From the NCBI GenBank assembly GCA_964492775.1, contig CAZBLH010000008.1, positions 452-64,451 on the forward strand: a DNA stretch of 64,000 bases, read 5' to 3'. This document shows, in pieces, positions 1 through 9,313 of the stretch (within the stretch, counting starts at the first letter, position 1; each line of letters opens with the position of its first letter). Source of the stretch: an uncultured Eubacteriales bacterium (GTDB lineage Bacteria; Actinomycetota; Coriobacteriia; Anaerosomatales; PHET01). The translations under genes were made by a program, and so were the position numbers. Under the pieces are notes generated by a model that worked only from the letters and a program-made list of their open reading frames with translations, made no database searches and was not told the origin of the DNA.

Positions 1-350
1 CAGACCTTCTCGCGGTCGAGCCCGTGGGCGCTGATTCCCCGGTGCAAGAAGCTGCCGGCCTTGTCCTCGAGCGACTTCAGCGGCCGCTGGACTCCGTCGT
101 AGACGGCCTCGAGCATGCCTGGCCCGAGCTCTACCGAGAGCGGTGCGCCGGTCGGCACAACAGGGTCACCCGGTCCGATGCCCTCGGTCTCCTCATAGAC
201 CTGGATCGAAGCGCGGTCCCTGCGCATCTCGATGATCTCGCCCATGAGGCCCTCGGTGCCGACCTTGACCAGGTCGAACATCTTCGCGTCGCCGAGACCC
301 TCCGCCACGACGAGAGGCCCTGCGACCTTGACGACTGAACCGTGCTCCAT
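1..350 (-). CDS. atpA: V-type ATP synthase catalytic subunit A, N-terminal part (gene continues beyond window start)
   Basis: Own translation of the minus strand from ATG at 348-350 gives MEHGSVVKVAGPLVVAEGLGDAKMFDLVKVGTEGLMGEIIEMRRDRASIQVYEETEGIGPGDPV. This is typical of the N-terminal barrel of A/V-ATPase A subunits. It follows subunit F as in I-K-E-C-F-A-B-D operons. It is absent from the ORF track because no stop lies inside the window. Confidence 0.85.
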   Translation of the reverse strand, partial: MEHGSVVKVAGPLVVAEGLGDAKMFDLVKVGTEGLMGEIIEMRRDRASIQVYEETEGIGPGDPVVPTGAPLSVELGPGMLEAVYDGVQRPLKSLEDKAGSFLHRGISAHGLDREKV

Positions 351-403
351 CTTCTGATCGTCCCTTGTCTCCGCCGACCGCGCGTCGCGCGCGCAGCTCA
401 CCG

Positions 404-742
404 TCACGAATCCTCGCGCACGGGCATCTTGGTGCCCAGCGCGCGCTCGATAGCCCTCTCCAGCTTTGCGCCACCCACGCCGCCGCCCGAGCCGATTCCC
501 GGGATGACGGTCACCGCGGGCAGCGGCTTGTCGGCAACCTCGGCGATCTTCTCGGCGATCGCCTCGTACACCGGCTCGGTCACGAACACGACCGCGTAGG
601 TACCTGCCGAGAGCTCCGGCCAGTGCCGGAGCGCGTCTTCAGGTCGCTCGACGGGAAACGTCGCAACGCCGAGCGGCCTGAAGCCCGCCACGCTCGTCGC
701 ATCCCCTACTATCGCAATCTTCGTCGCCATGCTCTCGCTCAC
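404..742 (-). CDS. atpF: V-type ATP synthase subunit F
   Basis: 112-aa ORF (..KIAIVGDATSVAGFRPLGV..VVFVTEPVYEAI..) resembles V-ATPase F. The GTG start at 742 overlaps the subunit C stop as GTGA. An alternative ATG lies at 730. Confidence 0.8.
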   Translation of the reverse strand: MSESMATKIAIVGDATSVAGFRPLGVATFPVERPEDALRHWPELSAGTYAVVFVTEPVYEAIAEKIAEVADKPLPAVTVIPGIGSGGGVGGAKLERAIERALGTKMPVREDS

Positions 743-1758
743 CCCACCGTCCGCACGTGACGGCGCAGCGTCTCGCGATCAGTTCCATTGAGCCCGCCGA
801 TCAGCAGCGTTCGCAGCGCCGCAACCTCAGCCTCACGGTCGAGCACGTAGGCGATGACCGGCTCGGGTCCCGCCTCCATCTTGCGGCCTTTGCGCGTCTC
901 GGCGGCCGTGACCGAGTCCAAGTACGCGTCGAGCGCCTCCACATGTCCGAAGAGCTCCTGAGGGATTGGCGCGAGCCCGAGCTTGCGCTCGAGTGCCGGG
1001 GCGATCTCTGCGCCTGGAAGCTCCGCGATCGAGGTGAGCTCATCGGCGCGCGTCGAACCGCCGTCGATGAGCATCCCGGCGCAGGCGGCCGGTTCGATGC
1101 CCGCCCGGTGAGTGCGCACGATCGTCTTCACGTTCGCGATGTCGATAAGCAGCCGTGCGATCTCGATGAGATACCGGCTGCGCGACTCCTTTGCCGCCGC
1201 CACAAGCTCGGCGAAGAACGCCTTGTCGATACGCACGTCAATGGCGGACAACCGCTGGGAGCTCCGGCCTGTCGCCTCGGCCTCGCCGCCGCCAATGCCG
1301 AGCTCGGCGGCGAGCGACCCGAACGGCGCTGGGAGGTCGACCAAGTCGCGGGCGAAGCGCTCCAACGACAACGTGCCATGCGCCACGAGCAGCTCCGTGG
1401 CGCCTACGCCAAGGAGCTGCGCCTTGACCGCCGCTTTGAGGTTCGCGAAGTCATAACGGATGCGGAAGAAGCGCGTGACCGCCTCAGGCAACTGAGCCGC
1501 GTCCAGGAAGCCGTAGTACTCCTCAAGCGCGCGGTCCAGGCCGCGCTCCACGTCCTCGACGGTCTCCGCGCCCTCGATGAAGCGCCCGTAAGAGGTCTCG
1601 GAGAGCAGTCGCTTCTGCTCGGCGAAGGTGGGTGCATCAAGCAGCCGCTCGAACGCCGAGGAGTCAAGCGAGCGTGCCTGCAGCACGGCCACCTTGCCTG
1701 TGGCGAACCCGTAGCGGACTGCGTCGCGCGTTAGACGCACCTCGTCGAGGAGAAGCAT
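739..1758 (-). CDS. atpC: V-type ATP synthase subunit C (d-like)
   Basis: 339-aa helical ORF in the C position of the operon, between subunits E and F. Size and composition fit subunit C. Confidence 0.75.
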   Translation of the reverse strand: MLLLDEVRLTRDAVRYGFATGKVAVLQARSLDSSAFERLLDAPTFAEQKRLLSETSYGRFIEGAETVEDVERGLDRALEEYYGFLDAAQLPEAVTRFFRIRYDFANLKAAVKAQLLGVGATELLVAHGTLSLERFARDLVDLPAPFGSLAAELGIGGGEAEATGRSSQRLSAIDVRIDKAFFAELVAAAKESRSRYLIEIARLLIDIANVKTIVRTHRAGIEPAACAGMLIDGGSTRADELTSIAELPGAEIAPALERKLGLAPIPQELFGHVEALDAYLDSVTAAETRKGRKMEAGPEPVIAYVLDREAEVAALRTLLIGGLNGTDRETLRRHVRTVG

Positions 1759-1763
1759 CCCTC

Positions 1764-2351
1764 TTACGCCTCCTGCCCGAACAGGATGCCCGCGATCAGC
1801 AGCTCCAGGTCCTCACGCGCCTCATCCACGATTGCATCGAGCGAGAGGTCCGCTCCGACGCGATCGCCGACAACGAGCGCTCCGTGGTCGAACGGCGCTG
1901 GGTCGGGCGTGAAGGCGAGATTGAGTCCGGGAGCCACCTCGGCCAGCGCCTCTGCGACCGCGCCAGCCCGCCCGGTATCGGAGGCCCCGAGCCGGTACGA
2001 CTCCCCCGGCCGGGCTACCGCAGCGATACGCCGGGCGAGGAACCGGGCGTACTGCCCATCCTCGGCGGTCACGACACGCTCCACAGCGCGAGCGATTACC
2101 TTGTCGATGAGCGCACGGCGCCGTGTCACGGTCTCATCACGGGCTGAAAGCCGAGCGTTGACAACGATGCGCGCGGCCTCCTTCTCGGCCTCACGCTTCG
2201 CAGCCTCAAGCGCGGCATCGCGCCGCTCCGAAGCCAGCCGCCGGGCGTCCTCACGGATCTCGGCGGCGCGCCGCTCGGCATCCGCGATGATGCCCGCCTC
2301 TTCTGCGGCCGCGTCATTCTCGATCCTCTGAAGGATGTCAGCGAGTGCCAC
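1764..2351 (-). CDS. atpE: V-type ATP synthase subunit E
   Basis: 195-aa ORF with an Ala/Glu/Arg-rich N-terminal coiled coil (ILQRIENDAAAEEAGIIADAERRAAEIREDARR) typical of the peripheral-stalk E subunit. Confidence 0.8.
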   Translation of the reverse strand: MALADILQRIENDAAAEEAGIIADAERRAAEIREDARRLASERRDAALEAAKREAEKEAARIVVNARLSARDETVTRRRALIDKVIARAVERVVTAEDGQYARFLARRIAAVARPGESYRLGASDTGRAGAVAEALAEVAPGLNLAFTPDPAPFDHGALVVGDRVGADLSLDAIVDEAREDLELLIAGILFGQEA

Positions 2352-2361
2352 GTGGCATCCC

Positions 2362-2850
2362 CTACATGTACGCGGCCTGCAGGCCGAGCAGCATCAGGAT
2401 CGTGACGATCAGCGAGAGGATCGCGTAGGTCTCGACGAGCGCAGGGAACACGAGTGCAGGGGCACGCTTGCCCGCCGCGATGATCCCTGCAGCTGCGGCA
2501 CCGGCGCGTCCCTGATAGATCGGCGTGATCAGGCACAGCCACGCAACCGGCTGAACCGCCAGGAAGATCTGGAACCCAGCGATACCGGGCAGGTCGGTCT
2601 CCCCGCCGAGCAGGCTGAAGAACACCAGCACGAGCACTGCCGCGATGAAGCCATAGATGCCCTGCGTACCCGGCATCGCAGCAATCGGCAGCAGCTGGCC
2701 GAACTTCGAGTCATCCTCGCTCAGGATGCCTGAGGCTGTTGACGCGGCAACCGTGATGCCGATCGCCGAGCCGATGCCGCCGAGCACTGCGGCAAATCCG
2801 CCACCGATCAGCGCCCAGTCGGTTCCGGCCATCCCAAGAAACGTGTCCAT
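2362..2850 (-). CDS. atpK: V-type ATP synthase subunit K (proteolipid c-ring)
   Basis: 162-aa, very hydrophobic, Gly/Ala-rich protein of the four-helix type. It sits directly downstream of subunit I. Confidence 0.85.
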   Translation of the reverse strand: MDTFLGMAGTDWALIGGGFAAVLGGIGSAIGITVAASTASGILSEDDSKFGQLLPIAAMPGTQGIYGFIAAVLVLVFFSLLGGETDLPGIAGFQIFLAVQPVAWLCLITPIYQGRAGAAAAGIIAAGKRAPALVFPALVETYAILSLIVTILMLLGLQAAYM

Positions 2851-5022
2851 CTATCCTGCTCCTCCTTCCGGGCCGGTTCCCCCGGCCTCCAGCACCAGAT
2901 TGTTCGAGCGCATCTTGAACGGCGCGAACGGACTGCCGCCCCCCGCAAAGAACTTGCTGAAGAACTCGATGAACTGCAGGCGCGCGGGGTGCACGAACGC
3001 GCCGAGCAGGTTGATCACGACATTGAACACGTGGCCGACAACGAAGATCGCCGCGGCGATGAGGGCGACGAGCGCCCCCCACACAATCGATATTCCGCCT
3101 GCCGAGAAGAGGTTCATCGCCGGGGTCCAGACCAGGCCGGCAAGCAGGTTGAAGACCATGCCGACGAGCGCGCCGGAGAGCGCGAGTGCCGCAAGCCTCG
3201 TGTACGACAGGGTGTCGCCGATGAACGCGCTCATCCCGTACACCGAGTACGCCCCGCCGAGCAGACCGATCACGCCGGCGCGTCCTGTGCTCGAGACGAC
3301 AGCGGCGATTACCGATGCTACCCCGAAGACCGCGAGCCACATGCCGACGGGGCCAACGCCCATCCCAACGGCGGCGACGAGCGTCAGCGCGAGCCAGGCC
3401 CAGCCGATCGCACGATCAAGCAGCGAGCGGTCCTTCTCCCCGAATGCCGCCTGCAACGCGCCGCCCTGCATGAGCATCGTCCCGATCAGGGCGAGCGACA
3501 GCAGCACCCCCTGACGGGTGACGGCGAACGCAGCGAGCATTCCGAAGAACCAGATGGTCGAAAGCTGCCCAAACACCGCTCCCGTGACGTCGCCCCGGCG
3601 GAACGCGTCGACCGCTGCGACCACGACGCCGAAGAACACCTGGATGACACCCAGGCCGGCGGTGATGACCAGGAACGTCGTGAGCTCGCCGAGAGGATCG
3701 AGCACCTGAAGTCTTGCTAGGAATGGCGGAAGGTTCTCGACGGGCAGCGCGAAGTACGAGGCGAACAGCACGCCGATGACCATCGCGGAAGCGCCGCCGT
3801 ACATGAGAAGGCCCATGAAGCGCTTTACCCCGGGCGCGACGTCCAGGCGCGTCTTGATGAGCCACGCTGCCACGATGAGCATCAGTCCATACCCGAAGTC
3901 TCCAATGCAGATCCCGAAGAACAGCGCGAAAAAGGGCGCGAGCAACGGGGTCGGGTCTATCTCGCCGTACTGCGGCCGGCCGTAAAGGTCGGTGAGCACC
4001 TCAAAGGGCTCCAGCCACTTCGGGTTGCGCAGCTCGACGGGCACGATGTCATCCTTGGTTGGCTCCACGAGCGTGATGTCCACGTCCGCCGAGAAGGACG
4101 CGAGCGCCTCATCGAGCGCCTGCGACCTGTCCGCAGCCACCCATCCCGACATCGCAAACACCCGCTCGGTGTGCCCGACCGAGCCCTTGATCCGCAACCG
4201 GTCACGCTGGGATTCCACCGCCTCGACGAGTGCCACTGCGCTTGCGTAGTGCTTCTCGGCTAGTTCGCGCGCCCGGGCGTCGAGCTCGGCGGCCTCGGCC
4301 TCAAGCTCGGAGATACGCTGCTCGGCACGGGCGATCTCGTCGGCGGGAATCCCGGAAAGACCAGGGAAGCTGACCTCCGAGAAGTCGGTGGACGCAAGCG
4401 CGGCGCGCGCCTGTTTCGAACAACAGTGGTGCGCGATGACCACCCACGCCTGCCTTCCGTCGACCGTGCCGTACTCGTCGACGGTGACCTCGGGCACAAT
4501 CTCGCGTAGCTTCTGCCGGATCTCCTCCGCCTCCGAGGCGGGGACGGTTCCGGTGACAAGGTCGGTCGTCTGCGTGCAGCGCCACTGCGAGATCGGATAC
4601 TCCAGCTCGGCCCACGGGCGCAGGTCGGCAACGAGCGCCTGGAGGCGCTCGCGTTCGCGCTCACCAGCGGCCAGCCGGTCGGAGATCCTCAGGCACTCCT
4701 CGTACAGCTGCTCGCCGAATCCGGCGAAGCGCAAGCCCAGGTACTCCTCGTGCGAGAGGTGGAACTTCTCGGTGATGAACGCCGAGAAAGGCTGCGTGTT
4801 CTCGTGATACCTGCCGAGGAACTCGTGTACGAACCGCGCGTCGGCTGTCTCCTGGTCGAGCGCGCGCATACGCGGGTCGTCGGAAGGAATGTGCTCGGTG
4901 TCGAGCTCAAAGGGCGTGGTCTCGATCTGTAGGACGCCTGCCCGCTGTAGAGCGACGACGACCTCGTCCTGGACTGGGCGATAGCCCAGCACCGTGACCC
5001 TGAGCATTGGGGCGACGGACAC
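2851..5022 (-). CDS. atpI: V-type ATP synthase subunit I (a-subunit, stator/proton channel)
   Basis: 723 aa with a soluble coiled N-terminal half and a multi-TM C-terminal half. Its stop abuts the atpK start. Confidence 0.85.
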   Translation of the reverse strand: MSVAPMLRVTVLGYRPVQDEVVVALQRAGVLQIETTPFELDTEHIPSDDPRMRALDQETADARFVHEFLGRYHENTQPFSAFITEKFHLSHEEYLGLRFAGFGEQLYEECLRISDRLAAGERERERLQALVADLRPWAELEYPISQWRCTQTTDLVTGTVPASEAEEIRQKLREIVPEVTVDEYGTVDGRQAWVVIAHHCCSKQARAALASTDFSEVSFPGLSGIPADEIARAEQRISELEAEAAELDARARELAEKHYASAVALVEAVESQRDRLRIKGSVGHTERVFAMSGWVAADRSQALDEALASFSADVDITLVEPTKDDIVPVELRNPKWLEPFEVLTDLYGRPQYGEIDPTPLLAPFFALFFGICIGDFGYGLMLIVAAWLIKTRLDVAPGVKRFMGLLMYGGASAMVIGVLFASYFALPVENLPPFLARLQVLDPLGELTTFLVITAGLGVIQVFFGVVVAAVDAFRRGDVTGAVFGQLSTIWFFGMLAAFAVTRQGVLLSLALIGTMLMQGGALQAAFGEKDRSLLDRAIGWAWLALTLVAAVGMGVGPVGMWLAVFGVASVIAAVVSSTGRAGVIGLLGGAYSVYGMSAFIGDTLSYTRLAALALSGALVGMVFNLLAGLVWTPAMNLFSAGGISIVWGALVALIAAAIFVVGHVFNVVINLLGAFVHPARLQFIEFFSKFFAGGGSPFAPFKMRSNNLVLEAGGTGPEGGAG

Positions 5023-5025
5023 GAG

Positions 5026-5331
5026 CTACCCCTGCAACCGCTCGAAGACAGCCTGGACGGCGGCGTCAACGCGAGCGGACGCGGCATCCAGCGCCTCGTT
5101 GGAGGCGGCCGCTGCATCAGCCACGGCAGCCTCCGCGGTCTTCTTGGCCTCGGCGAGCATGCTGGCACGCAGATCGGCGACCTCTTGAGCGGCCTGCTCC
5201 CTCGACGCCCGCAGCAGCTCGGATGCGTCCGCGTTCGCGGCGCTCACGACAGCCGCTGCCCGCTCTCGGGCAGCCTGGATCCGCTGGCCCGCGGACTCCT
5301 CGGCCTTGAGTATCTCGGCGACCTTCTGCAT
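5026..5331 (-). CDS. small coiled-coil V-ATPase stalk subunit (H/G-like)
   Basis: 101-aa all-helical Ala/Glu-rich ORF. It is the first gene of the operon, 3 nt upstream of atpI. Confidence 0.55.
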   Translation of the reverse strand: MQKVAEILKAEESAGQRIQAARERAAAVVSAANADASELLRASREQAAQEVADLRASMLAEAKKTAEAAVADAAAASNEALDAASARVDAAVQAVFERLQG

Positions 5332-5370
5332 TCATCCTCACCCGAAGAATGTACGAACCAGGAGTGTGTG

Positions 5371-5388
5371 CCCGCCGGAACCGGCGGG
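5371..5388. promoter_or_regulatory. perfect palindrome CCCGCCGG-AA-CCGGCGGG in the divergent intergenic region upstream of the V-ATPase operon
   Basis: Read directly from the sequence. It lies in the presumed 5' leader of the minus-strand operon. It could be an RNA hairpin or a protein-binding site. Confidence 0.3.
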
Positions 5389-5401
5389 GTCAGAACAGTA
5401 T

Positions 5402-5415
5402 AGCTGTTAACAGCT
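5402..5415. promoter_or_regulatory. perfect 14-bp palindrome AGCTGTTAACAGCT (candidate operator)
   Basis: Read directly from the sequence. On the minus strand it abuts a TATACT -10-like hexamer (5396-5401), within TTTACGAGCTGTTAACAGCTATACT. Confidence 0.3.
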
Positions 5416-5497
5416 CGTAAATTCGCTGCTCCGCTATACTTCCCTGCAGCCCAAGGACGCGTCAGAGAGCGCGACAGCTTGACTTGCACAGGAGACG

Positions 5498-6415
5498 ATG
5501 GCGACCTATCCCGAAAGCCCCCCGGAAGCCGGCTTCGAGCGACCCTCCGCACCGGTCCCAGGACCTGATCGCCGCGAGCAGCGCAGACGCCGCCGGCGTC
5601 GGGCGCGCATGGTGCGCTCCGCGGTTGCAGCCACCCTGCTCGTGGCTGCCGTCGTCGGAGCGCTCGTGTGGCACCGCACCTCGTCCTCGGCGAGCTCCCA
5701 CCCTGCTCCGACCCGCGCAAACGCACCGCGGGGTGTGGGATCTGTCCGAGCGCTTTCTGAACCAACGCCCGATCCGACGCCGCTGTTCGCGAACTATGGG
5801 CCGATAGAGATTCGCCTTCCCGTGGCCGTCACGTCGCTCACCGAGGTAGGGTTCCACCAGGCCTCATACAAGTGGGCACTCGCGATCGAGACGCCCCTGC
5901 CGGACGCGAACATGGACGCCGCTCGGGGCAAAGGCACTGGGCGCGATCTCACTGCGCAAGCATCTGGCGAAGACTCCGTTCTGAGCGGCTCAGTGCTCCG
6001 CATGTGGCGCTCTCGACCGGGCAAGCCCAACACCGCCATCGACGTTGGCGCCGAGCCGGGGACAACCGTACTCGCGCCTGTGACTGGAAGGGTCGTGCGC
6101 GTGCGAGCCTACGACCTCTACGGCAAGTACCCGGACTTCGAGGTGCACATCCAGCCCGAAGGCAGGCCCGAGGTCGACTGCGTGCTGATACATATCGAGA
6201 ACCCGACGGTCGCCGCCGGTGACACCGTGATCGCAGGGGTCACGTCCGTCGGCAGCGTGCGCAGGCTCTCCGACAGAATCACCATGCAGCTCGCCGAGTA
6301 CACCAAAGGCAAGGGCGACCACATCCACATCCAGCTCAACGATGCGACCGACCCGACGTACAAGGGACTCGAGGGCGTGACCGAGATGGTCGCGCCCGCC
6401 CAAGACGATCACTAG
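5498..6415 (+). CDS. membrane-anchored protein with degenerate LytM/peptidase-M23-like C-terminal domain
   Basis: AGGAG RBS before the ATG. Arg-rich N-terminus followed by one TM (VAATLLVAAVVGALVW). The C-terminal part has IDVGAEPGTTVLAPVTGRVV and GDHIHIQ, resembling M23. The usual HxxxD histidine is not seen. Confidence 0.5.
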   Translation: MATYPESPPEAGFERPSAPVPGPDRREQRRRRRRRARMVRSAVAATLLVAAVVGALVWHRTSSSASSHPAPTRANAPRGVGSVRALSEPTPDPTPLFANYGPIEIRLPVAVTSLTEVGFHQASYKWALAIETPLPDANMDAARGKGTGRDLTAQASGEDSVLSGSVLRMWRSRPGKPNTAIDVGAEPGTTVLAPVTGRVVRVRAYDLYGKYPDFEVHIQPEGRPEVDCVLIHIENPTVAAGDTVIAGVTSVGSVRRLSDRITMQLAEYTKGKGDHIHIQLNDATDPTYKGLEGVTEMVAPAQDDH

Positions 6416-6639
6416 AGCGTATCAGTCTCGTCGCCCCGCTCGGCAGCGCGCTTGATGAAGCCCCGGAAGCGGCGGTCGAACTCGTAACGCTCCATCATCA
6501 CCGAGCGTCCGCACCCGCAGCAGTGCAGCCTTACGTCAGCGCCAACGCGCACGACCTCCCACTCGTTGGCGCCGCAGGGATGAGGCTTCTTGAGCCTCAC
6601 GACGTCGCCGAGCTCTATCGGCGTGATGGGGACGGCCAC
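6412..6639 (-). CDS. DUF951 family small protein
   Basis: The motif GDVVRLKKPHPCGANEWEVVRVGADVRLHCCGCGRSVMMERYEF is the DUF951 signature. GTG at 6639 has a GGAGG 9 nt upstream. The track ORF extends to 6693. Confidence 0.7.
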   Translation of the reverse strand: MAVPITPIELGDVVRLKKPHPCGANEWEVVRVGADVRLHCCGCGRSVMMERYEFDRRFRGFIKRAAERGDETDTL

Positions 6640-6740
6640 GAGCGCAGACCTCCGGATCGCGATTCGCGCGGACAGCGTGTGCCGCGGATACATGCGGTAT
6701 AACGGAGTATACCGTCGGCACCTAGCGAAGAAGGTCCGTC

Positions 6741-7016
6741 ATGAAGACACCCGCGATCCTGTCTGTACTCGGAGAAGACCGCGTGGGCATTGTGTCCGCG
6801 GTCTCGACCGTACTCGCCGAGGCGCACGCCAACATCGAAGACATCCGCCAGACCATCATCGGCACGATCTTCTCCATGACGATGCTCGTCACAGTGGATG
6901 AGGACGCGACCCCCTTCGCTGAGCTGCAGCGCCGGCTCGTCGAGGTCTCCGAGGAGCTCGGAATGCAGATCACCCTGCAGCGCGAGGACGTCTTCCGCTA
7001 CATGCACCGCATCTGA
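6741..7016 (+). CDS. ACT domain protein (UPF0237 family)
   Basis: 91 aa; [33 protein letters not shown] is a typical ACT fold start. It pairs with the downstream UPF0210 gene as in many Firmicutes. Confidence 0.8.
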   Translation: MKTPAILSVLGEDRVGIVSAVSTVLAEAHANIEDIRQTIIGTIFSMTMLVTVDEDATPFAELQRRLVEVSEELGMQITLQREDVFRYMHRI

Positions 7017-7053
7017 CCGCTGCCGAACAGGCGCCGCACCGAAAGGCACGCAC

Positions 7054-8418
7054 TTGCAGATCACTCCTGCCGAGATCGTCGAAACGCTGGTGATGATCCA
7101 GCAGCAGAACCTCGACGTCCGAACCATCACGCTCGGCCTGTCGCTTGCGGGCTGCGCGCACGAGAGCGTCGACGAGACCGCTCGGCGCGTGTACGACCGG
7201 GTCACCTCAGTCGCCGAGAACCTCGTGAACGTCTCAGAGGCACTCGCGTGCGAGTATGGGGTGCCCATCGTCAACCAGCGCGTGTCGGTGACGCCGGTCG
7301 CGCAGATCGCCTCGGCGTGTACTGCCGAGGATCTCACGCCCATCGCGAGCGCGCTCGACCGGGCCGCGTGCGAAGTGGGCGTCGACTTCATCGGCGGGTT
7401 CTCGGCGCTCGTGCACAAAGGCATCGGTGACGCCGACCGCCGGCTGATTGCTTCGATCCCCGACGCGCTCGCCTCCACCTCGCGGCTCTGCGCTTCCGTG
7501 AACGTCGCCACCACGCGCGCCGGCATCAACATGGACGCTGTGCTTGCGATGGCGCGCGCGGTTCGCGCGACCGCCGAGAAGACCGCGGATTCCGACAGCA
7601 TCGGCTGCGCGAAGCTCGTCGTCTTTGCGAACATGGTCGAGGACAACCCGTTCATGGCGGGCGCGGTCCACGGCTCCGGCGAGCCTGACGCCGCCGTCAA
7701 CGTCGGCATCTCGGGCCCCGGCGTGGTGCGCGCCGTCATTGCCTCACTTCCCGAGGACGCCGACCTCACCGCAGTGGCCGAGGCCGTCAAAGCGACCGCC
7801 TTCAAGATCACACGTGTGGGCGAACTCGTGGCGCGCGAGGCCGCCAAGCGGCTTGGCGTCACCCCAGGCATCGTCGACCTCTCGCTCGCTCCCACCCCGG
7901 CCGACGGAGACTCGGTCGCCGAAATCATCGAGGCCATGGGCGTGGGTCGCTGTGGGGGCCCCGGAACGACCGCCGCGCTCGCCCTGCTGAACGACGCCGT
8001 CAAGAAGGGTGGCGCGATGGGCAGCTCGAGCGTCGGAGGCCTTTCGGGCGCCTTCATCCCCGTCTCCGAGGACCAGGGCATGATACGGGCGGCCGAGTCC
8101 GGAGCGCTGACCATCGAGAAGCTCGAGGCCATGACGGCGGTCTGCTCGGTGGGGCTCGACATGATCGCGATTCCAGGCGATACCAGCTGCGAGACGATCG
8201 CTGGCATCATCGCCGATGAGTGCGCCATCGGAGTCGTGAACTCGAAGACGACCGCAGTGCGCCTCATCCCCGCCATCAGCAAGAAGGTCGGAGACCGCGT
8301 GAGCTTCGGCGGGCTACTCGGCGAGGCGCCGGTGATGGCGGTCAACGAGTGGGCCGGCTCGGTGTTCGCGCATCGCGGAGGTCGCATCCCTGCGCCGCTG
8401 CAGTCACTGAGGAACTGA
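7054..8418 (+). CDS. UPF0210/DUF711 (PFL-like) protein
   Basis: The in-frame TTG at 7054 is preceded by GAAAGG. The N-terminus [30 protein letters not shown] matches the conserved UPF0210 start. The track ORF 6898..8418 carries an N-terminal extension overlapping the ACT gene. Confidence 0.8.
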   Translation: MQITPAEIVETLVMIQQQNLDVRTITLGLSLAGCAHESVDETARRVYDRVTSVAENLVNVSEALACEYGVPIVNQRVSVTPVAQIASACTAEDLTPIASALDRAACEVGVDFIGGFSALVHKGIGDADRRLIASIPDALASTSRLCASVNVATTRAGINMDAVLAMARAVRATAEKTADSDSIGCAKLVVFANMVEDNPFMAGAVHGSGEPDAAVNVGISGPGVVRAVIASLPEDADLTAVAEAVKATAFKITRVGELVAREAAKRLGVTPGIVDLSLAPTPADGDSVAEIIEAMGVGRCGGPGTTAALALLNDAVKKGGAMGSSSVGGLSGAFIPVSEDQGMIRAAESGALTIEKLEAMTAVCSVGLDMIAIPGDTSCETIAGIIADECAIGVVNSKTTAVRLIPAISKKVGDRVSFGGLLGEAPVMAVNEWAGSVFAHRGGRIPAPLQSLRN

Positions 8419-8440
8419 CACTGGCGGGCTGACGCCTAGT

Positions 8441-9187
8441 CTAGATCCCGACGGCCTCGCGGAATTGGCGCACCTGGCGGCGTGCCACCGGGATGTTGGT
8501 TTCGTCGCGGTCGCCCGCCACGACGACGTAGCTCCCGTCGACTCGCAGAATCTCCTTCACGCTGTTCAGATTCACGAGATAGCTGCGGTGCACGCGCACG
8601 AACGACTCGCGCTCAAGGCGCGCCTCGAGCTCGCTCAAGGTCATGTCCACGATGAACCGCTGCTCGAACGTGTGCGCGTACGTCGACTTGTGGCGCGCCG
8701 ACACGAAGACGATGTCGTCGATGCTCAGCAGGACCGTGCGCCCACCCTTGCGCACCGCGACCTTGTGGAACTCCGTGTCGCCTGCTGCCGAGGCGCCCGC
8801 TAACCGGATCGGCGACGATACCAGGGACTCCACTCGCGCCGAGAGCTCGGCCACGCTGAACGGCTTGGTGACGTACTGCTGCACCCCCTGCCTGAACGCG
8901 TGGATCTTGGCGAGCTCTTCGGTCTTGGCGCTCAGGATGATGACCGGGATGTGCGCGGTCTGGGGGTTCGAGCGGATCTCGGCCAGCGCCATCCAGCCGT
9001 CCACGCTCGGCATCATCACGTCGAGCACCACGACATCGAAACGCTGCCTGCCGAGCATAGAGACGCACTCGCCGCCATCCTCAGCGCCGACAACCTGCAT
9101 CCCATCGGCCTCGAGGCCCATCTGTATCATCTCGACGACCGCCGGGTCGTCGTCCACAACCAGAACACGAATACGGTCGTCAGACAC
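8441..9187 (-). CDS. LytR/AlgR-family response regulator (REC + LytTR DNA-binding domain)
   Basis: REC motifs (VLVVDDD, DVVVLDVMMP, TKPF). The C-terminus has LytTR features (FVRVHRSYLVNLNSV). GTG start. Confidence 0.85.
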   Translation of the reverse strand: MSDDRIRVLVVDDDPAVVEMIQMGLEADGMQVVGAEDGGECVSMLGRQRFDVVVLDVMMPSVDGWMALAEIRSNPQTAHIPVIILSAKTEELAKIHAFRQGVQQYVTKPFSVAELSARVESLVSSPIRLAGASAAGDTEFHKVAVRKGGRTVLLSIDDIVFVSARHKSTYAHTFEQRFIVDMTLSELEARLERESFVRVHRSYLVNLNSVKEILRVDGSYVVVAGDRDETNIPVARRQVRQFREAVGI

Positions 9188-9313
9188 CGCTCATGCCCTT
9201 TCTAGTGCCGATAAGCGTGCAGGAAATACCCCTCAAACAGCGCTTGACGCCGTTCATCTGCAGGAGATTGTACCCGAACCCGCTGACATCCTAGCCCGCG
9301 CCGGACAAGATGC

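Noticed and set aside
6615-8387. 590-aa minus-strand ORF antisense to the UPF0210 gene
   Set aside because: Same high-GC artefact. It is Ser/Ala/Thr/Pro-rich with no recognisable domain, and the opposite frame matches a conserved family from its very N-terminus.
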